DNA of 64,000 bases from Balanoglossus misakiensis (lineage: Eukaryota; Animalia; Hemichordata): contig CM082588.2 of the NCBI GenBank assembly GCA_040954595.2, positions 11,979,398 through 12,043,397 on the forward strand, read 5' to 3'. Every line of letters begins with the position of its first letter. Position 1 is the stretch's first letter. A model generated the notes under the pieces. The model ran no database searches. It was not told the DNA's origin and was given only the letters and a program-made list of their open reading frames with translations. Positions 27,001-42,000 of this stretch are shown here, in pieces. The position numbers were made by a program, and so were the translations under genes.

Positions 27001-30000
27001 AATCTATCCCTTATAACATTCCAGCATAACTCTTTCCATATTTGTTTTCATTCTGTGACTGTTCCACTTAAATCTTGTAGAGAATTCGTTATTCCAAAAC
27101 AAAGCCTTGTAACTATACATAAGTCTTTTTAGTAAAACATATCCTGTTATGTGACCATTCTTTGAATTCATTTTATGATGTAAGAAATTAAATTATTTGC
27201 AATATTAATCTATCCCTTACAACATTCCAGCATAACTCTTTCCATATTTGTTTTCAATCTGTGACTGTTCCACTTAAATCCTGTAGAGAATTCGTTATTC
27301 CAAAACAAAGCCTTGAAACTATACATATTAAGTCTTTTTGTAAAACATGGCCGGTTATGTGACCATTCTTTGAATTCCATTTATGATGTACGAAATTAAA
27401 TTATTTGCAATATTAAACTATCCCTTACAACATTCCAACATAACTATTTGAATATTTGTTTTCATTCTGTAACTGTTCAACTTAAATCTTGGAGAGAATT
27501 CGTTATTCCAAAACAAAGCCTTGAAACTATACATAAGTCTTTTTACTAAAACATGGCCCGTTATGTGACCATTCTTTGAATTCCATTTATGATATAAGAA
27601 ATTAAATTATTTGCAATATTAATCTATCCCTTACAACATTCAGGCATAACTCTTTCTATATTTGTTTTCATTCTGTGACTGTTCCACTTAAATCTTGTAG
27701 ACAATTCGTTACTCCAAAACAAAGGCTTGAAACTATACATATCCTGTTACGTGACCTGTCTTTGAATTCCATTTATGATGTAAGAAATTAAATTTTTTGC
27801 AATATTAATCTATCCCTTACAACATTCCAGCATAACTCTTTCCATATTTGTTTTCATTCTGTGACTGTTCCACTTAAATCTTGTAGAGAATTCGTTATTC
27901 CAAAACAAAGCCTTGAATCTATAACATAAGTCTTTTTAGTAAAACATATCCTGTTATGTGACCATTCTTTGAATTCATTTTATGATGTAAGAAATTAAAT
28001 TATTTGCAATATTAATCTATCCCTTATAACATTCCAGCATAACTCTTTCCATATTTGTTTTCATTCTGTGACTGTTCCACTTAAATCTTGTAGAGAATTC
28101 ATTATTCCAAAACAAAGCCTTGAAACGATACATATCCTGTTACGTGACGTTTCTTTGAATTCCATTTATGATGTAAGAAATTAAATTTTTTGCAATATTA
28201 ATCTATCCCTTACAACATTCCGGCATAACTCTTTCCATATTTGTTTTCATTCTGTGAATGTTCCACTTAAATCTTGTAGAGAATTCGTTATTCCAAAACA
28301 AAGCCTTGAAACGATACATATCCTGTTACGTGACGTTTCTTTGAATTCCATTTATGATGTAAGAAATTAAATTATTTGCAATATTAATCTATTCCTTACA
28401 ACATTCCGGCATAACTCTTTCCATATTTGTTTTCATTCTGTGACTGTTCCACTTAAATCTTGTAGAGAATTCGTTATTCCAAACAAAGCCTTGAAACTAT
28501 ACATAAGTCTTTTTAGTAAAACATGGCCCGTTATGTGAGCATTCTTTGAATTCCATTTATGATGTAAGAAATTCAATTATTTGCAATATTAATCTATCCC
28601 TTACAACATTTCAGCATAACTCTTTCCATATTTGTTTTCATTCTGTGACTGTTCCACTTAAATCTTGTAGAGAATTCGTTACTCCAAAACAAAGGCTTGA
28701 AACTATACATATCCTGTTATGTGACCATTCTTTGAATTCATTTTATGATGTAAGAAATTAAATTATTTGCAATATTAATCTATCCCTTACAACATTCCAG
28801 CATAACTCTTTCCATATTTGTTTTCATTTTGTGACTATTCAACTTAAATCTTGTAGAGAATTCGTTATTCCAAAACAAAACCTTGAAACTATACATAAGT
28901 CTTTTTAGTAAAACATGGCCCGTTATGTGACCATTCTTTGAATTTCATTTATGATGTAAGAAATTAAATTATTTGCAATATTAAACTATCCCTTACAACA
29001 TTCCAGCATAACTATTTGAATATTTGTTTTCATTCTGTAACTGTTCAACTTAAATCTTGGAGAGAATTCGTTATTCCAAACAAAGCCTTGAAACTATACA
29101 TAAGTCTTTTTAGTAAAACATGGCCCGTTATGTGACCATTCTTTGAATTCCATTTATGATGTAAGAAATTAAATTTTATGCAATATTAATCTATCCCTTA
29201 CAACATTTCAGCATAACTCTTTCCATATTTGTTTTCATTCTGTGACTGTTCCACTTAAATCTTGTAGAGAATTCGTTATTCCAAAACAAAGCCTTGAAAC
29301 GATACATATCCTGTTACGTGACGTTTCTTTGAATTCCATTTATGATGTAAGAAATTAAATTTTTTCAATATTAATCTATCCCTTACAACATTCCGGCATA
29401 ACTCTTTCCATATTTGTTTTCATTCTGTGACTGTTCCACTTAAATCTTGTAGAGAATTCGTTATTCCAAAACAAAGCCTTGAATCTATAACATAAGTCTT
29501 TTTAGTAAAACATATCCTGTTATGTGACCATTCTTTGAATTCATTTTATGATGTAAGAAAATAAATTATTTGCAATATTAATCTATCCCTTATAACATTC
29601 CAGCATAACTCTTTCCATATTTGTTTTCATTCTGTGACTGTTCCACTTAAATCTTGTAGAGAATTCGTTATTCCAAAACAAAGCCTTGAAATGATACATA
29701 TCCTGTTACGTGACGTTTCTTTGAATTCCATTTATGATGTAAGAAATTAAATTATTTGCAATATTAATCTATTCCTTACAACATTCCGGCATAACTCTTT
29801 CCATATTTGTTTTCATTCTGTGACTGTTCCACTTAAATCTTGTAGAGAATTCGTTATTCCAAACAAAGCCTTGAAACTATACATAAGTCTTTTTAGTAAA
29901 ACATGGCCCGTTATGTAAGCATTCTTTGAATTCCATTTATGATGTAAGAAATTCAATTATTTGCAATATTAATCTATCCCTTACAACATTTCAGCATAAC

Positions 30001-33000
30001 TCTTTCCATATTTGTTTTCATTCTGTGACTGTTCCACTTAAATCTTGTAGAGAATTCGTTACTCCAAAACAAAGGCTTGAAACTATACATATCCTGTTAT
30101 GTGACCATTCTTTGAATTCATTTTATGATGTAAGAAATTAAATTATTTGCAATATTAATCTATCCCTTACAACATTCCAGCATAACTCTTTCCATATTTG
30201 TTTTCATTCTGTGACTATTCCACTTAAATCTTGTAGAGAATTCGTTATTCCAAAACAAAACCTTGAAACTATACATAAGTCTTTTTAGTAAAACATGGCC
30301 CGTTATGTGACCATTCTTTGAATTTCATTTATGATGTAAGAAATTAAATTATTTGCAATATTAAACTATCCCTTACAACATTCCAGCATACCTATTTGAA
30401 TATTTGTTTTCATTCTGTAACTGTTCAACTTAAATCTTGGAGAGAATTCGTTATTCCAAACAAAGCCTTGAAACTATACATAAGTCTTTTTAGTAAAACA
30501 TGGCCCGTTATGTGACCATTCTTTGAATTCCATTTATGATGTAAGAAATTAAATTTTATGCAATATTAATCTATCCCTTACAACATTTCAGCATAACTCT
30601 TTCCATATTTGTTTTCATTCTGTGACTGTTCCACTTAAATCTTGTAGACAATTCGTTACTCCAAAACAAAGCCTTGAAACGATACATATCCTGTTACGTG
30701 ACGTTTCTTTGAATTCCATTTATGATGTAAGAAATTAAATTATTTGCAATATTAATCTATTCCTTACAACATTCCGGCATAACTCTTTCCATATTTGTTT
30801 TCATTCTGTGACGGTTCCACTTAAATCTTGTAGAGAATTCGTTATTCCAAACAAAGCCTTGAAACTATACATAAGTCTTTTTAGTAAAACATGGCCCGTT
30901 ATGTGAGCATTCTTTGAATTCCATTTATGATGTAAGAAATTCAATTATTTGCAATATTAATCTATCCCTTACAACATTTCAGCATAACTCTTTCCATATT
31001 TGTTTTCATTCTGTGACTGTTCCACTTAAATCTTGTAGAGAATTCGTTACTCCAAAACAAAGGCTTGAAACTATACATATCCTGTTATGTGACCATTCTT
31101 TGAATTCATTTTATGATGTAAGAAATTAAATTATTTGCAATATTAATCTATCCCTTACAACATTCCAGCATAACTCTTTCCATATTTGTTTTCATTTTGT
31201 GACTATTCCACTTAAATCTTGTAGAGAATTCGTTATTCCAAAACAAAACCTTGAAACTATACATAAGTCTTTTTAGTAAAACATGGCCCGTTATGTGACC
31301 ATTCTTTGAATTTCATTTATGATGTAAGAAATTAAATTATTTGCAATATTAAACTATCCCTTACAACATTCCAGCATACCTATTTGAATATTTGTTTTCA
31401 TTCTGTAACTGTTCAACTTAAATCTTGGAGAGAATTCGTTATTCCAAACAAAGCCTTGAAACTATACATAAGTCTTTTTAGTAAAACATGGCCCGTTATG
31501 TGACCATTCTTTGAATTCCATTTATGATGTAAGAAATTAAATTTTATGCAATATTAATCTATCCCTTACAACATTTCAGCATAACTCTTTCCATATTTGT
31601 TTTCATTCTGTGACTGTTCCACTTAAATCTTGTAGACAATTCGTTACTCCAAAACAAAGGCTTGAAATTATACATATCCTGTTACGTGACCTTTCTTTGA
31701 ATTCCATTTATGATGTAAGAAATTAAATTATTTGCAATATTAACCTATTCCTTACAACATTCCGGCATAACTCTTTCCATATTTGTTTTCATTCTGTGAC
31801 TGTTCCACTTAAATCTTGTAGAGAATTCGTTATTCCAAAACAAAGCCTTGAAACTATAACATAAGTCTTTTTCGTAAAACATATCCTGTTATGTGACCAT
31901 TCTTTGAATTCATTTTATGATGTAAGAAATTAAATTATTTGCAATATTAATCTATCCCTTACAACATTCCAGCATAACTCTTTCCATATTTGTTTTCATT
32001 CTGTGACTATTCCACTTAAATCTTGTAGAGAATTCGTTATTCCAAAACAAAGCCTTGAAACTATACATAAGTCTTTTTGTAAATAATGGCCCGTTATGTG
32101 ACCATTCTTTGGTTTCCATTTATGATGTAAGAAATTAAATTATTTGCAATAATTATCTATCCCTTACAACATTCCGGCATAACGCTTTCCATATTTGTTT
32201 TCATTCTGTGCCTGTTCCACTTAAATCTTGTAGAGAATTCGTTATTCCAAAACAAAGCCTTCAAACTATACATATTAAGTCTTTTTAGTAAAACATGGCC
32301 CGTTATTTGACCATTCTTTGAATTTCATTTATGATGTAAGAAATTAAATTATTTGCAATATTAAACTATCCCTTACAACATTTCAGCATAACTATTTGAA
32401 TATTTGTTTTCATTCTGTAACTGTTCAACTTAAATCTTGGAGAGAATTCGTTATTCCAAAACAAAGCCTTGAAACTATACATAAGTCTTTTTAGTAAAAC
32501 ATGGCCCGTTATGTGACCATTCTTTGAATTCCATTTATGATGTAAGAAATTAAATTATTTGCAATATTAATCTATCCCTTACAACAATCCGACATATCTC
32601 TTTCCATATTTGTTTTCATTCTGTGACTGTTCCACTTAAATCTTGTAGAGAATTTGGTATTTCAACACAAATTCTTGAACTTATACATAAGTCTTTTTAG
32701 TAAAACATATCCAGTTATGTGACCATTCTTTGAATTCCATTTATGATGTAAGAAATTAAATTTTATGCAATATTAATCTATCCCTTACAACATTTCAGCA
32801 TAACTCTTTCCATATTTGTTTTCATTCTGTGACTGTTCCACTTAAATCTTGTAGAGAATTCGTTACTCCAAAACAAAGGCTTGAAACTATACATATCCTG
32901 TTACGTGACCTTTCTTTGAATTCCATTTATGATGTAAGAAATTAAATTATTTGCAATATTAATCTATTCCTTACAACATTCCGGCATAACTCTTTCCATA

Positions 33001-36000
33001 TTTGTTTTCATTCTGTGAATCTTCCACTTAAATCTTGTAGAGAATTCGTTATTCCAAAACAAAGCCTTGAAACTATAACATAAGTCTTTTTCGTAAAACA
33101 TATCCTGTTATGTGACCATTCTTTGAATATTCATTTTTTGATGTAAGAAATTAAATTATTTGCAATATTAATCTATCCCTTACAACATTCCAGCATAACT
33201 CTTTCCATATTTGTTTTCATTCTGTGACTGTTCCACTTAAATCTTGTAGAGAATTTGTTATTCCAAAACAAAGCCTTGAAACTATACATAAGTCTTTTTG
33301 TAAAACATGGCCCGTTATGTGACCATTCTTTGGTTTCCATTTATGATGTAAGAAATTAAATTATTTGCAATAATTATCTATTCCTTACAACATTCCGGCA
33401 TAATGCTTTCCATATTTGTTTTCATTCTGTGCCTGTTCCACTTAAATCTTGTAGAGAATTCGTTATTCCAAAACAAAGCCTTCAAACTATACATATTAAG
33501 TCTTTTTAGTAAAACATGGCCCGTTATTTGACCATTCTTTGAATTTCATTTATGATGTAAGAAATTAAATTATTTGCAATATTAAACTATCCCTTACAAC
33601 ATTCCAGCATAACTATTTGAATATTTGTTTTCATTCTGTAACTGTTCAACTTAAATCTTGGAGAGAATTCGTTATTCCAAACAAAGCCTTGAAACTATAC
33701 ATAAGTCTTTTTAGTAAAACATGGCCCGTTATGTGACCATTCTTTGAATTTCATTTATGCTGTAAGAAATTAAATTATTTGCAATATTAATCTATCCCTT
33801 ACAACATTCCGACATAACTCTTTCCATATTTGTTTTCATTCTGTGACTGTTCCACTTAAATCTTGTAGAGAATTCGTTATTCCAAAACAAAGGCTTGAAA
33901 CTATACATATTCTGTTACGTGACCTTTCTTTGAATTCCAATTATGGTGTAAGAAATTAAATTTTTTGCAATATTAATCTATCCCTTACAACATTCCAGCA
34001 TAACTCTTTTTAATTTGTTTTCATTCTGTGACTGTTCTACTTAAATCTTGTAGAGTATTCGTTATTCCAAAACAAAGCCTTGAAACTATACATATCCTAT
34101 TACGTGACATTTGTTTGAATTCCATTTATGATGTAAGAAATTAAATTATTTGCAATATTAATCTATTCCTTACAACATTCCGGCATAACTCTTTCCATAT
34201 TTGTTTTCATTGTGTGACTGTTCCACTTAAATCTTGTAGAGAATTCGTTATTCCAAAACAAAGCCTTGAAACTATAACATAAGTCTTTTTAGTAAAACAT
34301 ATCCTGTTATGTGACCATTCTTTGAATTCATTTTATGATGTAAGAAATTAAATTATTTGCAATATTAATCTATCCCTTACAACATTCCAGCATAACTCTT
34401 TCCATATTTGTTTTCATTCTGTAACTGTTCAACTTAAATCTTGGAGAGAATTCGTTATTCCAAAACAAAGCCTTGAAACTATACATAAGTCTTTTTAGTA
34501 AAACATGGCCCGTTATGTGACCATTCTTTGAATTCCATTTATGATGTAAGAAATTAAATTATTTGCAATATTAATCTATCCCTTACAACATTCCGACATA
34601 ACTCTTTCCATATTTGTTTTCATTCTGTGACTGTTCCACTTAAATCTTGTAGAGAATTCGTTATTCCAAAACAAAGGCTTGAAACTATACATATCCTGTT
34701 ACGTGACCTTTCTTTGAATTCCATTTATGGTGTAAGAAATTAAATTTTTTGCAATATTAATCTATCCCTTACAACATTCCAGCATAACTCTTTCCATACT
34801 TGTTTTCATTCTGTGACTGTTGTACTTAAATCTTGTAGAGTATACGTTATTCCAAAACAAAGCCTTGAAACTATACATATCCTGTTACGTGACGTTTGTT
34901 TGAATTCCAATTATGATGTAAGAAATTAAATTATTTGCAATATTAATCTATTCCTTACAACATTCCGGCATAACTCTTTCCATATTTGTTTTCATTCTGT
35001 GACTGTTCCACTTAAATCTTGTAGAGAATTCGTTATTCCAAAACAAAGCCTTGAAACTATAATATAAGTCTTTTTAGTAAAACATATCCTGTTATGTGAC
35101 CATTCTTTGAATTCCATTTATGATGTAAGAAATTAAATTATTTGCAATATTAATCTATCCCTTACAACATTCCGGCATAACTCTTTCAATATTTGTTTTC
35201 ATTCTGTAACTGTTCAACTTAAATCTTGTAGAGAATTTGGTATTTCAACACAAATTCTTGAACCTATACATAATTCTTTTTAGTAAAACATATCCAGTTA
35301 TGTGACCATTCTTTGAATTCCATTTATGATGTAAGTAATTAAATTTTATGCAATATTAATCTATCCCTTACAACATTTCAGCATAACTCTTTCCGTATTT
35401 GTTTTCATTCTGTGACTGTTCCACTTAAATCTTGTAGAGAATTCGTTACTCCAAAACAAAGGCTTGAAACTATACATATCCTGTTACGTGACCTTTCTTT
35501 GAATTCCATTTATGATGTAAGAAATTAAATTATTTGCAATATTAATCTATTCCTTACAACATTCGGGCATAACTCTTTCCATATTTGTTTTCATTCTGTG
35601 ACTGTTCCACTTAAATCTTGTAGAGAATTCGTTATTCCAAAACAAAGCCTTGAAACTATAACTTAAGTCTTTTAGTAAAACATGGCCCGTTATGTGACCA
35701 TTCTTTGAATTCATTTTATGATGTAAGAAATTAAATTATTTGCAATATTAATCTATCCCTTACAACATTCCAGCATAACTCTTTCCATATTTCTTTTCAT
35801 TCTGTGACTATTCCACTTAAATCTTGTAGAGAATTCGTTATTCCAAAACAAAGGCTTGAAACTATACATATTCTGTTACGTGACCTTTCTTTGAATTCCA
35901 TTTATGGTGTAAGAAATTAAATTTTTTGCAATATTAATCTATCCCTTACAACATTCCAGCATAACTCTTTTTAATTTGTTTTCATTCTGTGACTGTTCCA

Positions 36001-39000
36001 CTTAAATCTTGTAGAGAATTCGTTACTCCAAAACAAAGGCTTGAAACTATACATATCCTGTTACGTGACCTTTCTTTGAATTCCATTTATGATGTAAGAA
36101 ATTAAATTATTTGCAATATTAATCTATTCCTTACAACATTCGGGCATAACTCTTTCCATATTTGTTTTCATTGTGTGACTGTTCCACTTAAATCTTGTAG
36201 AGAATTCGTTATTCCAAAACAAAGCCTTGAAACTATAACATAAGTCTTTTTAGTAAAACATATCCTGTTATGTGACCATTCTTTGAATTCATTTTATGAT
36301 GTAAGAAATTAAATTATTTGCAATATTAATCTATCCCTTACAACATTCCAGCATAACTCTTTCCATATTTGTTTTCATTCTGTAACTGTTCAACTTAAAT
36401 CTTGGAGAGAATTCGTTATTCCAAAACAAAGCCTTGAAACTATACATAAGTCTTTTTAGTAAAACATGGCCCGTTATGTGACCATTCTTTGAATTCCATT
36501 TATGATGTAAGAAATTAAATTATTTGCAATATTAATCTATCCCTTACAACATTCCGACATAACTCTTTCCATATTTGTTTTCATTCTGTGACTGTTCCAC
36601 TTAAATCTTGTAGAGAATTCGTTATTCCAAAACAAAGCCTTGAAACTATACATAAGTCTTTATAGTAAAACATGGCCCGTTATGTGACCATTCTTTGAAT
36701 TCCATTTATGATGTAAGAAATTAAATTATTTGCAATATTAATCCATCCCTTACAACATTTCAGCATAACTCTTTCTATATTTGTTTTCATTCTGTGACTG
36801 TTCCACTTAAATCTTGTAGAGAATTCGTTACTCCAAAACAAAGGCTTGAAACTATACATATCCTGTTACGTGACCTTTCTTTGAATTCCATTTATGATGT
36901 AAGAAATTAAATTATTTGCAATGTTAATCTATTCCTTACAACATTCCGGCATAACTCTTTCCATATTTGTTTTCATTCTGTGACTGTTCCACTTATATCT
37001 TGTAGAGAATTCGTTATTCCAAAACAAAGCCTTCAAACTATACATATTAAGTCTTTTTAGTAAAACATGGCCCGTTATTTGACCATTCTTTGAATTTCAT
37101 TTATGATGTAAGAAATTAAATTATTTGCACTATTAAACTATCCCTTACAACATTCCAGCATAACTATTTGAATATTTGTTTTCATTCTGTAACTGTTCAA
37201 CTTAAATCTTGGAGAGAATTCGTTATTCCAAATTAAGCCTTGAAACTATACATAAGTCTTTTTAGTAAAACATGGCCCGTTATGTGACCATTCTTTGAAT
37301 TTCATTTATGCTGTAAGAAATTAAATTATTTGCAATATTAATCTATCCCTTACAACATTCCGACATAACTCTTTCCATATTTGTTTTCATTCTGTGACTG
37401 TTCCACTTAAATCTTGTAGAGAATTCGTTATTCCAAAACAAAGGCTTGAAACTATACATATTCTGTTATGTGACCTTTCTTTGAATTCCATTTATGGTGT
37501 AAGAAATTAAATTTTTTGCAATATTAATCTATCCCTTACAACATTCCAGCATAACTCTTTTTAATTTGTTTTCATTCTGTGACTGTTCTACTTAAATCTT
37601 GTAGAGTATTCGTTATTCCAAAACAAAGCCTTGAAACTATACATATCCTATTACGTGACATTTGTTTGAATTCCATTTATGATGTAAGAAATTAAATTAT
37701 TTGCAATATTAATCTATTCCTTACAACATTCCGGCATAACTCTTTCCATATTTGTTTTCATTGTGTGACTGTTCCACTTAAATCTTGTAGAGAATTCGTT
37801 ATTCCAAAACAAAGCCTTGAAACTATAACATAAGTCTTTTTAGTAAAACATATCCTGTTATGTGACCATTCTTTGAATTCATTTTATGATGTAAGAAATT
37901 AAATTATTTGCAATATTAATCTATCCCTTACAACATTCCAGCATAACTCTTTCCATATTTGTTTTCATTCTGTAACTGTTCAACTTAAATCTTGGAGAGA
38001 ATTCGTTATTCCAAAACAAAGCCTTGAAACTATACATAAGTCTTTTTAGTAAAACATGGCCCGTTATGTGACCATTCTTTGAATTCCATTTATGATGTAA
38101 GAAATTAAATTATTTGCAATATTAATCTATCCCTTACAACATTCCGACATAACTCTTTCCATATTTGTTTTCATTCTGTGACTGTTCCACTTAAATCTTG
38201 TAGAGAATTCGTTATTCCAAAACAAAGGCTTGAAACTATACATATCCTGTTACGTGACCTTTCTTTGAATTCCATTTATGGTGTAAGAAATTAAATTTTT
38301 TGCAATATTAATCTATCCCTTACAACATTCCAGCATAACTCTTTCCATACTTGTTTTCATTCTGTGACTGTTGTACTTAAATCTTGTAGAGTATTCGTTA
38401 TTCCAAAACAAAGCCTTGAAACTATACATATCCTGTTACGTGACGTTTGTTTGAATTCCAATTATGATGTAAGAAATTAAATTATTTGCAATATTAATCT
38501 ATTCCTTACAACATTCCGGCATAACTCTTTCCATATTTGTTTTCATTCTGTGACTGTTCCACTTAAATCTTGTAGAGAATTCGTTATTCCAAAACAAAGC
38601 CTTGAAACTATAACATAAGTCTTTTTAGTAAAACATATCCTGTTATGTGACCATTCTTTGAATTCCATTTATGATGTAAGAAATTAAATTATTTGCAATA
38701 TTAATCTATCCCTTACAACATTGCGGCATAACTCTTTCCATATTTGTTTTCATTCTGTAACTGTTCAACTTAAATCTTGTAGAGAATTTGGTATTTCAAC
38801 ACAAATTCTTGAACCTATACATAATTCTTTTTAGTAAAACATATCCAGTTATGTGACCATTCTTTGAATTCCATTTATGATGTAAGTAATTAAATTTTAT
38901 GCAATATTAATCTATCCCTTACAACATTTCAGCATAACTCTTTCCATATTTGTTTTCATTCTGTGACTGTTCCACTTAAATCTTGTAGAGAATTCGTTAC

Positions 39001-42000
39001 TCCAAAACAAAGGCTTGAAACTATACATATCCTGTTACGTGACCTTTCTTTGAATTCCATTTATGATGTAAGAAATTAAATTATTTGCAATATTAATCTA
39101 TTCCTTACAACATTCGGGCATAACTCTTTCCATATTTGTTTTCATTCTGTGACTGTTCCACTTAAATCTTGTAGAGAATTCGTTATTCCAAAACAAAGCC
39201 TTGAAACTATAACTTAAGTCTTTTAGTAAAACATGGCCCGTTATGTGACCATTCTTTGAATTCATTTTATGATGTAAGAAATTAAATTATTTGCAATATT
39301 AATCTATCCCTTACAACATTCCAGCATAACTCTTTCCATATTTGTTTTCATTCTGTGACTATTCCACTTAAATCTTGTAGAGAATTCGTTATTCCAAAAC
39401 AAAGCCTTGAAACTATACATAAGTCTTTATAGTAAAACATGGCCCGTTATGTGACCATTCTTTGAATTCCATTAATGATGTAAGAAATTAAATTATTTGC
39501 AATATTAATCTATCCCTTACAACATTTCAGCATAACTCTTTCTATATTTGTTTTCATTCTGTGACTGTTCCACTTAAATCTTGTAGAGAATTCGTTACTC
39601 CAAAACAAAGGCTTGAAACTATACATATCCTGTTACGTGACCTTTCTTTGAATTCCATTTATGATGTAAGAAATTAAATTATTTGCAATATTAATCTATC
39701 CCATACAACATTTCAGCATAACTCTTTCCATATTTGTTTTCATTCTGTGACTGTTCCACTTATATCTTGTAGAGAATTCGTTATTCCAAAACAAAGCCTT
39801 GAAACTATAACATAAGTCTTTTTTAGTAAAACATGGCCCGTTATGTGACCATTCTTTGAATTCCATTTATGCTGTAAGAAATTAAATTATTTGCAATATT
39901 AATCTATCCCTTACAACATTCCGACATAACTCTTTCCATATTTGTTTTCATTCTGTGACTGTTCCACTTAAATCTTGTAGAGAATTCGTTATTCCAAAAC
40001 AAAGGCTTGAAACTATACATATTCTGTTACGTGACCTTTCTTTGAATTCCATTTATGGTGTAAGAAATTAAATTTTTTGCAATATTAATCTATCCCTAAC
40101 AACATTCCAGCATAACTCTTTTTAATTTGTTTTCATTCTGTGACTGTTCTACTTAAATCTTGTAGAGTATTCGTTATTCCAAAACAAAGCCTTGAAACTA
40201 TACATATCCTATTACGTGACATTTGTTTGAATTCCATTTATGATGTAAGAAATTAAATTATTTGCAATATTAATCTATTCCTTACAACATTCCGGCATAA
40301 CTCTTTCCATATTTGTTTTCATTGTGTGACTGTTCCACTTAAATCTTGTAGAGAATTCGTTATTCCAAAACAAAGCCTTGAAACTATAACATAAGTCTTT
40401 TTAGTAAAACATATCCTGTTATGTGACCATTCTTTGAATTCATTTTATGATGTAAGAAATTAAATTATTTGCAATATTAATCTATCCCTTACAACATTCC
40501 AGCATAACTCTTTCCATATTTGTTTTCATTCTGTAACTGTTCAACTTAAATCTTGGAGAGAATTCGTTATTCCAAAACAAAGCCTTGAAACTATACATAA
40601 GTCTTTTTAGTAAAACATGGCCCGTTATGTGACCATTCTTTGAATTCCATTTATGATGTAAGAAATTAAATTATTTGCAATATTAATCTATCCCTTACAA
40701 CATTCCGACATAACTCTTTCCATATTTGTTTTCATTCTGTGACTGTTCCACTTAAATCTTGTAGAGAATTCGTTATTCCAAAACAAAGGCTTGAAACTAT
40801 ACATATCCTGTTACGTGACCTTTCTTTGAATTCCATTTATGGTGTAAGAAATTAATTTTTTTGCAATATTAATCTATCCCTTACAACATTCCAGCATAAC
40901 TCTTTCCATACTTGTTTTCATTCTGTGACTGTTGTACTTAAATCTTGTAGAGTATTCGTTAATCCAAAACAAAGCCTTGAAACTATACATATCCTGTTAC
41001 GTGACGTTTGTTTGAATTCCAATTATGATGTAAGAAATTAAATTATTTGCAATATTAATCTATTCCTTACAACATTCCGGCATAACTCTTTCCATATTTG
41101 TTTTCATTCTGTGACTGTTCCACTTAAATCTTGTAGAGAATTCGTTATTCCAAAACAAAGCCTTGAAACTATAACATAAGTCTTTTTAGTAAAACATATC
41201 CTGTTATGTGACCATTCTTTGAATTCCATTTATGATGTAAGAAATTAAATTATTTGCAATATTAATCTATCCCTTACAACATTCCGGCATAACTCTTTCC
41301 ATATTTGTTTTCATTCTGTAACTGTTCAACTTAAATCTTGTAGAGAATTTGGTATTTCAACACAAATTCTTGAACCTATACATAATTCTTTTTAGTAAAA
41401 CATATCCAGTTATGTGACCATTCTTTGAATTCCATTTATGATGTAAGTAATTAAATTTTATGCAATATTAATCTATCCCTTACAACATTTCAGCATAACT
41501 CTTTCCATATTTGTTTTCATTCTGTGACTGTTCCACTTAAATCTTGTAGAGAATTCGTTACTCCAAAACAGAGGCTTGAAACTATACATATCCTGTTACG
41601 TGACCTTTCTTTGAATTCCATTTATGATGTAAGAAATTAAATTATTTGCAATATTAATCTATTCCTTACAACATTCGGGCATAACTCTTTCCATATTTGT
41701 TTTCATTCTGTGACTGTTCCACTTAAATCTTGTAGAGAATTCGTTATTCCCAAACAAAGCCTTAAAACTATAACTTAAGTCTTTTAGTAAAACATGGCCC
41801 GTTATGTGACCATTCTTTGAATTCATTTTATGATGTAAGAAATTAAATTATTTGCAATATTAATCTATCCCTTACAACATTCCAGCATAACTCTTTCCAT
41901 ATTTGTTTTCATTCTGTGACTAATCCACTTAAATCTTGTAGAGAATTCGTTATTCCAAAACAAAGCCTTGAAACTATACATAAGTCTTTATAGTAAAACA

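Noticed and set aside
13645-31129. Short satellite-derived ORFs (13645, 22841, 24319, 28546, 29926, 30914) as genes
   Set aside because: They are translations of monomers with sporadic stop loss, mostly with non-ATG starts.
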